A DNA stretch of 32,000 bases from Hyperthermus butylicus DSM 5456 (lineage in GTDB: Archaea > Thermoproteota > Thermoprotei_A > Sulfolobales > Pyrodictiaceae): contig NC_008818.1 of NCBI RefSeq assembly GCF_000015145.1, positions 150,001 through 182,000 of the forward strand. The letters run 5' to 3'. The notes under the pieces are model-generated. The model had not been told where the DNA came from. It saw only the letters and a list, made by a program, of their open reading frames with translations, and did no database searches. Position numbers and translations under genes: made by a program. Positions 25,628-32,000 of this stretch are shown here, piece after piece; position 1 is the stretch's first letter; every line of letters begins with the position of its first letter.

Positions 25628-25753
25628 GGCGTCCCGGCCTCCCCACCTTCTAGGCCCCTGGGTGCCCCATACTCTTATTCCCCTTAGCTAGATATTCAAG
25701 CTATACCACATATTTCCACAAGCCGTAAACTGGTGTTTAAGACGTATGTTATC

Positions 25754-25800
25754 GCGCGTTAAGTTACTTTCGTTTATTTCACGCGCAACGATTAAATATA
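25754..25800 (+). promoter_or_regulatory. Promoter of the octahaem cytochrome gene: GC-rich inverted repeat plus TATA box
   Basis: GCGCGT (25754-25759) and ACGCGC (25781-25786) flank a 21-nt A/T-rich spacer and are followed by ATTAAATATA (25791-25800). A GGTGAGGTG Shine-Dalgarno-like motif sits at 25825-25833. Confidence 0.45.
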
Positions 25801-25826
25801 GTAGGCGTTCTTAGAGCATATATACG

Positions 25827-27458
25827 GTGAGGTGTGCAGTGGCACGCCTCCCCAGCTGGCTTGACTGGAAACTCACAGCAATCATAGTGCTGGTTGTTGT
25901 AGGTGTTGCAGCGGTACACCTAGCTGTATCTCAGCCCAGCGGCACCGGGATACACTACGAGCCTAAGCCGGTAGAGGTGGTAGACCACACAGAGATCTTT
26001 AAGGAGCACAATATAACCAAGTATGAAGGCTCTAAGACTTGTATGGAGTGCCACTATGACGAGGTCATAGAGGTGTTCCACTCCGCCCACTATCAGATGG
26101 CTGTGATACAGAACGACATAGCGGGTTACGCCGAGGTACTCTACGGCGGCAAGTACGCCTACAATGACTTCTGTGGCGCCATATTCTGGCGTGGCGAGGT
26201 ACCAATCAACTATATCGGCAAGGCGGTGCTAAAGGCACCACCGCCGGGCTATGAGAAGCTAGAGGGCAAATTCATAGCTAGCGGTTGCAGCATGTGCCAC
26301 GGTGTCAGCCTTGGACTCCCACCAGAGCCAGAGATGACCAGGGAGCAGCTGGAGAACATAGACTGTCTAGTCTGCCACTCAACGATCTACCGTGGAGGCC
26401 CTATAGGTGTTAAGCAGGGCTTCCGCATCCTATACAAGGATGAGCTGGGCCGCTGGCGCTACATGCCAAACCCCAATATAAGCATTGACACGCTAGCAAA
26501 GTCGATCGTGGAGACGCCGACGAAGGAGGCCTGCCTTGCCTGCCACGCGTTTTCCGGTGGAGGCCCAGGCTTCAAGCGGCCCAACCTAGACCCAAGCCTC
26601 ATGGGCAACGTTGACGAGAGCATCGACGTGCACCTTGCTAGGGGTATGAACTGCGTGGACTGCCACCATGCTGAGGACCACAAGTTCCCGACGAAGAGTG
26701 CTGACACCTGGTTCCGCGAGGATGGCGAGGTGCCCGAGTGTACTGACTGCCACGGCGAGAAACCACACATGGGCCTCGAGGGCTGGATTATCAACAGGTT
26801 CCATCATAGGGTGGCGTGCCAGACCTGCCACATACCATACATAGCCCGTAACGAGACCTACCCGACCGACGTTGCTAGGGACTGGAGAGAGGCGGAGTTC
26901 AAGCCTGAGGCAGCCAGGTACGAGCCAAAGATAACCCTTGAGAGCTACGTTGTCCCCGTGTACCGCTGGTACAATGGCACTAGGAAGGTCTACGTCTATC
27001 CGAACCCTGTGGAGCCCGACGAGGAGGGCCGTATAATCTACGTGGAGCCGCTAGGCTCTAGAGATGACCCCAACTCGAAGATATACCCGTTCAAGCTCCA
27101 CATAGCAGTAGTGCCCTATGATAGCATACACAAGGTCCCAGTACCAATAAAGGTCGGCATAGTATTCGCTACCGGCAACGTTGAGGCGGCAATAAAGGCT
27201 GGTGCGGCAGCTGCAGGCCTCAACTGGACCGGCGACTACGTAACACTTGTACGCTACATGCAGGTAAACCATGGCGTGGCACCTAAGGAGGAGGCGCTGG
27301 GCTGCTTCAGCTGTCACGGCCCAACGATAAGGAGGATGCCGTGGCCAGAGCTAGGCTATGGACGCCTACCAGAGATAGCGTTCATAAGCATCTCAGCACT
27401 ACTGGTGGCGATCATCGTTGGCATAGCCTACCTCGTATACCGCAGGCTGAGAAGGTAA
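25827..27458 (+). CDS. Membrane-anchored octahaem c-type cytochrome (multihaem enzyme-like; HAO/Otr-type family not resolved)
   Basis: Eight CxxCH motifs confirmed in the DNA: CMECH, CSMCH, CLVCH, CLACH, CVDCH, CTDCH, CQTCH, CFSCH. N-terminal TM helix (LTAIIVLVVVGVAAV) and C-terminal TM helix (IAFISISALLVAIIVGIAYLVY). GTG 25839 (MARLPSW...) is a plausible alternative start behind the Shine-Dalgarno-like motif. Confidence 0.9.
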   Translation: MRCAVARLPSWLDWKLTAIIVLVVVGVAAVHLAVSQPSGTGIHYEPKPVEVVDHTEIFKEHNITKYEGSKTCMECHYDEVIEVFHSAHYQMAVIQNDIAGYAEVLYGGKYAYNDFCGAIFWRGEVPINYIGKAVLKAPPPGYEKLEGKFIASGCSMCHGVSLGLPPEPEMTREQLENIDCLVCHSTIYRGGPIGVKQGFRILYKDELGRWRYMPNPNISIDTLAKSIVETPTKEACLACHAFSGGGPGFKRPNLDPSLMGNVDESIDVHLARGMNCVDCHHAEDHKFPTKSADTWFREDGEVPECTDCHGEKPHMGLEGWIINRFHHRVACQTCHIPYIARNETYPTDVARDWREAEFKPEAARYEPKITLESYVVPVYRWYNGTRKVYVYPNPVEPDEEGRIIYVEPLGSRDDPNSKIYPFKLHIAVVPYDSIHKVPVPIKVGIVFATGNVEAAIKAGAAAAGLNWTGDYVTLVRYMQVNHGVAPKEEALGCFSCHGPTIRRMPWPELGYGRLPEIAFISISALLVAIIVGIAYLVYRRLRR

Positions 27459-27486
27459 TGGCAGTAATGGTGGATGCGGCATAGTG

Positions 27487-27532
27487 TTTTTATGCTAGAG
27501 CTTCGCTTCACACGTAGTTGCAACGTATTTTT
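27487..27532 (+). terminator. Two oligo-T tracts downstream of the cytochrome gene
   Basis: T5 at 27487-27491 and T5 (tttttctt) at 27528-27535, 29-75 nt after the TAA at 27456-27458. Oligo-T is the usual archaeal termination signal. Confidence 0.45.
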
Positions 27533-27553
27533 CTTCTAGCGTCTCCTCAATCC

Positions 27554-28081
27554 TTAGCCTTTCTTTACCTCCTCTATGAAGAGTTCTAGCAGCCCAACAG
27601 GGTCGCGTGCTCCTGCAGCTCCTAGCCGTACCCATACCACTAGGCCGTCGCGGCACCAGAACGCGTGTAGGCTTCCGTCGTGCTTATTCATCGTCAGATA
27701 GACTAGTGTGTCTCCAAAGCTATGGGGTATTGGGGCGGTGTAGGGTAGCTCTGTCTCGTACTCCCTCATTTTCTCGGCCATAGACGCCGCTATGGGGCAT
27801 GCGTTGCTGTCGACGTAGGAGGCCCAGAGTATCGTGCCGTCAGTATATATTGCAACCAGGGCATCATCAACATCTATCTTCTCCGGGCTCCAGTGAAGCC
27901 CCCGAATCATCTCTACAGCCTCGCTACCCGTTGCAAGCCTTGCGACATGATAGCCCCCGGGCAGTGTCTCCGGGTAGTCTATCCCTCCCCCTTCGTCATG
28001 GTGCGTATAGGCTGCGAGAACAGTTATGGCTAGGACTATGGCTAGGAGGGGAAAGAGTAGTCTTAGGCTGAGCATTCTCAA
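27554..28081 (-). CDS. Hypothetical exported or membrane-anchored protein
   Basis: N-terminal signal/anchor MRMLSLRLLFPLLAIVLAITVLAAY, then a ~150-aa domain with no recognised motif. Its start overlaps the Macro gene stop by 4 nt (ATGA), implying co-transcription. Confidence 0.55.
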   Translation of the reverse strand: MRMLSLRLLFPLLAIVLAITVLAAYTHHDEGGGIDYPETLPGGYHVARLATGSEAVEMIRGLHWSPEKIDVDDALVAIYTDGTILWASYVDSNACPIAASMAEKMREYETELPYTAPIPHSFGDTLVYLTMNKHDGSLHAFWCRDGLVVWVRLGAAGARDPVGLLELFIEEVKKG

Positions 28082-28677
28082 GCTCTTGTCTCACCGCCCA
28101 CCGGGGCTAGCTTGCAGTTCCTCGTTTTGACCCGTTTTATCTCGTCTAGGAACTGCTTAGCGTCACGCTCGCTGTAGGCTACAAGGATTATCCGTGGGGG
28201 CAGCTTCCCGCCGGAGCCCAGGAACTCGTCCAGGGCCTCCATTATGGCTTCTAGGCTCTCCCTCGCGGTGAGACCCCCAACCCCAGCACCCATAGCTGGG
28301 AGGGCTAGGCAGCCCACGTTGAGCTTCTCCGCCTCCCTAAGCGCCGCCAGCACAGCCTTCACAACCTTGCCCTGCGTGGTTCTCATCGCGGGCCTCTCCA
28401 TAGTGGGAGCATGGATGATATACTTGATCCTGGGCTCTAGCCTACCAGCACCCGTGTGTATAGCCTCGCCCACCGGCACGGGGGCCTTGCGCCTAGCCTC
28501 CTCCTCGACCTCGGGCCCGGCAGCGCGGCGCAGCGCGCCCGCGACACCACCGCCCATTATCATGAGGCTGTTAGCCGGGTTCACCACGGCCTCGCACTCG
28601 GCCTCAGTGATATCACCACGGGCTATCTCGACCACGACACCGTTACACCTGTACTCGGCTAGCTTTTCGAGCGGCAA
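28078..28677 (-). CDS. Macro domain protein (ADP-ribose/O-acetyl-ADP-ribose binding or hydrolase, Af1521-like)
   Basis: ARGDITEAECEAVVNPANSLMIMGGGVAGALRRAAGPEVEEE...IHTGAG...YIIHAPT...LALPAMGAGVGG matches the Macro domain diagnostic segments (N-x6-GGG-V and G-x-G-x-G loops). TTG start preceded by GGGAGG. Confidence 0.85.
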   Translation of the reverse strand: MPLEKLAEYRCNGVVVEIARGDITEAECEAVVNPANSLMIMGGGVAGALRRAAGPEVEEEARRKAPVPVGEAIHTGAGRLEPRIKYIIHAPTMERPAMRTTQGKVVKAVLAALREAEKLNVGCLALPAMGAGVGGLTARESLEAIMEALDEFLGSGGKLPPRIILVAYSERDAKQFLDEIKRVKTRNCKLAPVGGETRA

Positions 28678-28700
28678 GCCTCCCGCACCGTATCCCTAGT

Positions 28701-29174
28701 CTAGCCATGTGTTCGGCTCTTAACAGTCTCTAGCAGCTGGCTAGCCCACCAGAGTATCCGCTCACAGTGGCCCGGAGAGCCCGCCCCCTCCCTCCAAGCA
28801 ACCAGCGCGGCGATACCTGCATAGAACGCGTCCATGAACACCTTGTTTTCCCGCCCAGCCTCCTCTGAGAGCCTCACATAATCCCGCAGGCCCCTAGGCA
28901 GCTTAGAGCCTAGGAGCACAGCGTGCGCATCAAGGGCTAGCAGGATGCTGCTCCAAACCCTGCGGCAAGCCTCACCATACTTCCCAGCCTCCACAAGCCT
29001 CCCAGCGTGGTCCAGCAAGGTCTCAGCAGCACGCACGAGTATGCGCGGCCTCTCCTCCTCCGGCGCAAGCCGGAGAAGAAGCTGAACCGTCAACGCTTCC
29101 GGTGTACTCCCCCTCTGCTCAGCCTCCCTCTCAAGAAGCTCCACAAGCTCGCTCGGGAGAAAACCAGTAGACAA
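28701..29174 (-). CDS. PaREP1-like (HEPN-superfamily-like) protein with RHH-like N-terminal segment
   Basis: N-terminus LPSELVELLEREAEQRGSTPEALTVQLLLRL, then AAETLLDHAGRLVEAGKYGEACRRVWSSILLALDAHAVLLG. This resembles the PaREP1 pattern (E..L.eA.ell.kGd..qA.ek.W.a...A.ka.a). Lies 23 nt upstream of the Macro gene. Assigned from memory of the family pattern only. Confidence 0.5.
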   Translation of the reverse strand: MSTGFLPSELVELLEREAEQRGSTPEALTVQLLLRLAPEEERPRILVRAAETLLDHAGRLVEAGKYGEACRRVWSSILLALDAHAVLLGSKLPRGLRDYVRLSEEAGRENKVFMDAFYAGIAALVAWREGAGSPGHCERILWWASQLLETVKSRTHG

Positions 29175-29307
29175 ACCAGCACACCACCAGAAAGTGTAAG
29201 GAGGAGTTGCACGCAGATATAACCCTTAGTGTCTCCAGGCTAGGCCTCTACCGGAACAAGCGTGGCAACGGTACTATAGTAACGTGCGGTACTAGGGGCG
29301 CAGGGAA

Positions 29308-29322
29308 AAGGTAAGGTAAGGT
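29308..29322. repeat. Tandem pentamer (AAGGT)x3 in the promoter region of the 29383 operon
   Basis: aaggt aaggt aaggt read directly. The same spacer also has CGGTACTA x2 (29269-29276, 29287-29294) and TACGCGGC x2 (29360-29367, 29372-29379), with TAAAATAT (29344-29351) between them. Confidence 0.8.
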
Positions 29323-29382
29323 ATGCGGTAGCCGCGCTGTTCTTAAAATATGGCTGTGCTACGCGGCTAGTTACGCGGCGTC

Positions 29383-29655
29383 TTGGGGTATAAGGCTGGC
29401 TTTGCCGCCGGCTTTGGAGCAGCATTCATTGTTTTCGGCATAGTCCTATTCTATGTTGCAGCAGTCGTGGAGGCGGAAGTAGAGCAGTGGCGTGACGATA
29501 GACGAGCATTCTACAATATAACACATAGCGTTGCATACGAGGCGGGCCCAATGGCTCTTGACTCGCTGGAAAACATGCTCGTAGAACTCCATAGAAGTGA
29601 GGTGGTCTCAAAAGTGTTCTCAGCTCTCGACATAGACTTGTCACTACATGGTTAA
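29383..29655 (+). CDS. Small membrane protein (N-terminal TM anchor)
   Basis: TTG start ~32 nt after a TATA-like box. GFAAGFGAAFIVFGIVLFYVAAVV helix, then an acidic, helical soluble part. Overlaps the next ORF by 8 nt (ATGGTTAA). Confidence 0.4.
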   Translation: MGYKAGFAAGFGAAFIVFGIVLFYVAAVVEAEVEQWRDDRRAFYNITHSVAYEAGPMALDSLENMLVELHRSEVVSKVFSALDIDLSLHG

Positions 29656-29842
29656 ACAGATAGACAGCATCCGCTCTACAATGCTTGAGATGCGCCATAA
29701 ATCAGAGGAGATACTATACTATACGTCGAGCCTGCCCGAGGACCTCAAGAGAATAGCTATGATCGTACTCGCTGCTGGCCTTGTGGTAGGAGCCTCGGGG
29801 GCGATAGCAGAAACCGTAATCAGAGCTAGAAAGCACTCCTAG
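29648..29842 (+). CDS. Small tail-anchored membrane protein
   Basis: 64 aa: soluble helical N-terminal part, then the C-terminal helix IAMIVLAAGLVVGASGAIAETVI. Apparently translationally coupled to the upstream ORF. Confidence 0.4.
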   Translation: MVKQIDSIRSTMLEMRHKSEEILYYTSSLPEDLKRIAMIVLAAGLVVGASGAIAETVIRARKHS

Positions 29843-29854
29843 CCCGCTTTCACT

Positions 29855-30736
29855 TCATAGGCTACCCAGTTTTCTCGCAGTGCTACCCGGCTGTGTTCTA
29901 TATAGTGTTAGCCATGCGCCGGTAACTGTGAGGAGGAGCCCCGGTAGACTAGCTGGTGGCGGAGGCTCATCCAGTAGCAGCCATGCGAGGAGGCTTGCCC
30001 CGTAGGGTTCGAGGAGGGCGATGCTGGTAACCACTGCGGTGGGATAGAAGGCTAGCGCGTAGTTGAGCATTGTGTGGCCGAGAAGCATGGGGACAAGGCC
30101 TAGGGCTATAAGGTATGGTATACTCCCGCGGGGCGGGCTCCAAGCCTTAACCCCTGCTGCAGCAGCATATACAGCGACGGCCAGGAAGGCAGCAGTATAG
30201 ACAACAGCTGTGTACTCGAGTGTAGAGACGCCACGTACACGCAGCCTCCTACCAAGCAGGAAGTAGGCAGTAGCAGCTACGGCAGCGGAGAATGCCATCA
30301 AGGCCCCCAGCATGGTAGCTCCAGCCCAGGGGGTAGATAGGATAGCCACGCCCGAGAAACCCAGAACAACACCTAGAACCATGCGTGGAGTAGCACTACG
30401 CTCAACCAGAGCCTCATAGGCAGCAGCGATCACCGGGTACGATACAACAATACCTGTCGAAGAAGCAACACTGGCATGGCGCAAACTCTCAAGCCACAGG
30501 GCTAGGTGGGCAGCGAGCAGAACCCCCGCTGGGAGACTACGAACGGCAACAGAGCTGCGAGGCAAACGCCCAACAATAGCAGACGCGGCAAGTGTGACAA
30601 GGCTTCCAACGAGGAGCCTCCACCAAGCAGCGGTAACACCGTCAACTCCAGCAAGTCGTGCCAAGGGGGCAGCAGTAGAGATACCAAACAATGCCACCAG
30701 CAGAGCAGCCCACGGCGCCAGCAAAACCCAGCCCAA
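29855..30736 (-). CDS. EamA/DMT-superfamily transporter
   Basis: 293 aa with ~10 hydrophobic helices in two similar halves, Ala/Leu/Gly-rich, typical of drug/metabolite transporter (EamA) proteins. Confidence 0.85.
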   Translation of the reverse strand: MGWVLLAPWAALLVALFGISTAAPLARLAGVDGVTAAWWRLLVGSLVTLAASAIVGRLPRSSVAVRSLPAGVLLAAHLALWLESLRHASVASSTGIVVSYPVIAAAYEALVERSATPRMVLGVVLGFSGVAILSTPWAGATMLGALMAFSAAVAATAYFLLGRRLRVRGVSTLEYTAVVYTAAFLAVAVYAAAAGVKAWSPPRGSIPYLIALGLVPMLLGHTMLNYALAFYPTAVVTSIALLEPYGASLLAWLLLDEPPPPASLPGLLLTVTGAWLTLYRTQPGSTARKLGSL

Positions 30737-30797
30737 ACCCGCCTAGAAGGAATCACACAGCATTATTAGGGTATTAGCCATATACCGCATCTCCTGG

Positions 30798-31049
30798 ATG
30801 GCTATGGAGGCTCTAAGAGGTGTTGGCGGAGCATATGGTATCAACAGTGTTGCTGAGGCATCCAAGGCTATTATAGAGAGGCGAGGCTGAATAGAGGGAA
30901 GGAAACTGGCAATCGACGAGATAGTACTCCTACTCCCTGACCTGGCTCGCAGCAAGATATGGAGCCTAGGAGAGGAGTTGTGGAGGGTCAATCCGGGGAA
31001 TAGGGGATGTGAGAAGACGGGCTGCCCCAGGGATAGAGGGACGGCCTAG
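30798..31049 (+). pseudogene. Small ORF interrupted by an in-frame TGA (possible decayed gene)
   Basis: ATG 30798: MAMEALRGVGGAYGINSVAEASKAIIERRG, then TGA (30888-30890), then IEGRKLAIDEIVLLLPDLARSKIWSLGEELWRVNPGNRGCEKTGCPRDRGTA, then TAG (31047-31049). A/T-rich ATTATTAGGGTATTAGCCATATA lies upstream. The antisense track ORF 30743..30991 is Ser/Leu/Arg-rich. Confidence 0.25.
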
Positions 31050-31064
31050 GGAGCGGAGCCGGCC

Positions 31065-31298
31065 ATGAACACTACCAGTCTCCTAAGCCGTGGCGCTAGC
31101 CGTCTAAGGCTTGCAGTGCTCATCCAGTTAGCGGGGTATACGGGGCTAGTACTCGCCATCAACCTCTACAATATGCATGTTGAGGACCTGGCGAAGAAGG
31201 GCATAATTCTGATCACGGGCCAAGGCGTAGGATGGGTCTTCGCCTTCGAAACCATATCGTTCATCATCGGGCTAGCCTCATACTTTGCTAGTCCTTGA
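31065..31298 (+). CDS. Small membrane protein (2 TM)
   Basis: 77 aa with two hydrophobic helices (LAVLIQLAGYTGLVLAINL; VGWVFAFETISFIIGLASYF). Overlaps the next membrane ORF by 14 nt. Confidence 0.4.
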   Translation: MNTTSLLSRGASRLRLAVLIQLAGYTGLVLAINLYNMHVEDLAKKGIILITGQGVGWVFAFETISFIIGLASYFASP

Positions 31299-31701
31299 CG
31301 GGTTCCGCGACCTTGAAGCATACAGGCCGGGAGTCTTCAGGGTGGGGATAGCAGCTGCATACACGCTACTCGCCTCGCTAGCAGTGACAGTCACGGGCCT
31401 AGCAGTCCTCTGGCTCTCCGAGGCCACGGGAGTGGCGGGATTTGAACATATTGGATGTTGGATAACAGCCTTCACACACATAGGCCAGCCAGCGGGAACA
31501 GCCCTAATGTATGCTGGGCTATGGAGACTTGGCAGTATAGTCCAGGTAGACGCTCTGAAGGCGGCAGCAGTGGCATGGATAACCGGTGTGACACTCACAC
31601 TGCTAGACGTGGTTACCGTTGGAGCATTCCTGCTGGCAGCGGCCTACCTGCTCGCCGTGCTAGGCCTAACAATAGCGTCAAAGAGCGCCAGCATAGGCTA
31701 G
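31285..31701 (+). CDS. Membrane protein (about 4 TM)
   Basis: 138 aa, TTG start, four hydrophobic segments. The alternative-frame ORF 31455..31880 is Arg/Ser/Gly-rich and judged spurious. Confidence 0.5.
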   Translation: MLVLDGFRDLEAYRPGVFRVGIAAAYTLLASLAVTVTGLAVLWLSEATGVAGFEHIGCWITAFTHIGQPAGTALMYAGLWRLGSIVQVDALKAAAVAWITGVTLTLLDVVTVGAFLLAAAYLLAVLGLTIASKSASIG

Positions 31702-31741
31702 TACACGGGCCCATCCAAGACCATCAGGTGAGGGGAATGAA

Positions 31742-31975
31742 ATGCTCCAGGAGGATGAGGCTGTCGATGATGTGGTCTGGGAGAGTATCCAGGGGCGGGC
31801 CCTGGAACAGTACCGGGGCAACTACGTGGTTATCGCTGGCGGTGAGGTGCAAGGGGTCTATGACACCCTTGAGGAGGTAGTGCAGCGTACATGTGAGCCG
31901 TGGACGATAGGACGCAGCTGCATCTTGTTGGTAGGGCTCGGCATGGACAACACCAGCTGTGGTGAGGGAGAGTAG
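31742..31975 (+). CDS. Small cytoplasmic protein, DUF5678-like (tentative)
   Basis: WESIQGRALEQYRGNYVVIAGGEVQGVYDTLEEVVQR resembles the small archaeal pattern (..l..kYrGkWVai.dgevv..gdsleev...). Recalled pattern only. Another ATG at 31987 opens an ORF that leaves the window. Confidence 0.35.
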   Translation: MLQEDEAVDDVVWESIQGRALEQYRGNYVVIAGGEVQGVYDTLEEVVQRTCEPWTIGRSCILLVGLGMDNTSCGEGE

Positions 31976-32000
31976 CTCGGGGAAGCATGGAGAGGACAGC

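Noticed and set aside
30743-30991. 82-aa minus-strand track ORF
   Set aside because: Ser/Leu/Arg/Ile-rich low-complexity translation lying antisense to a better-looking, though TGA-interrupted, + strand frame with an upstream A/T-rich promoter-like element.
1-32000. tRNA, rRNA, CRISPR arrays, integrase or transposase genes
   Set aside because: Intergenic regions were read for cloverleaf-like GC-rich segments, repeat-spacer periodicity and recombinase motifs, and none was seen. The only repeats present are the short ones listed (9-15 nt, 2-3 copies).

Overview
GC-rich, gene-dense archaeal chromosome segment. The likely source is a hyperthermophilic crenarchaeon (Desulfurococcales/Pyrodictiaceae-like). 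This is inferred from an 11-subunit nuo cluster without nuoEFG, queD/queE, a PaREP1-like protein, A/T-rich TATA-like boxes before first genes, and GGTGA-type Shine-Dalgarno motifs before internal operon genes. Left to right the window holds: a partial M32 carboxypeptidase (missing from the ORF track because it is open at the edge), a membrane-anchored DsbA-like oxidoreductase, and a Nudix hydrolase flanked by two unknowns. Next come a BtuF/FecCD-type ABC importer with a frameshifted ATPase, a low-GC islet with an orphan Roadblock/LC7 gene and ~0.7 kb of ORF-poor DNA, and an HhH-GPD/Fe-S DNA glycosylase. These are followed by a radical SAM gene divergent from queD-queE, then trxB, gcvH and the complex I cluster nuoAB / nuoC (inverted) / nuoDHIJKMLN with nuoH frameshifted. 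The right end holds a beta-hydroxyacid dehydrogenase, a membrane-anchored octahaem c-type cytochrome, a PaREP1-like/Macro/exported-protein operon, an EamA transporter and several small membrane proteins. No tRNA, rRNA, CRISPR array or intact mobile element was seen. The most interesting items are the octahaem cytochrome with its own strong promoter and operator-like inverted repeat, the inverted nuoC with a shared bidirectional promoter and a repeat-bearing gap, and four ORF-disrupting lesions (two frameshifts, two in-frame stops). The radical SAM-queDE neighbourhood and the PaREP1-Macro-exported protein operon are also worth a look. All functional calls rest on motifs read by eye; no database search was possible.
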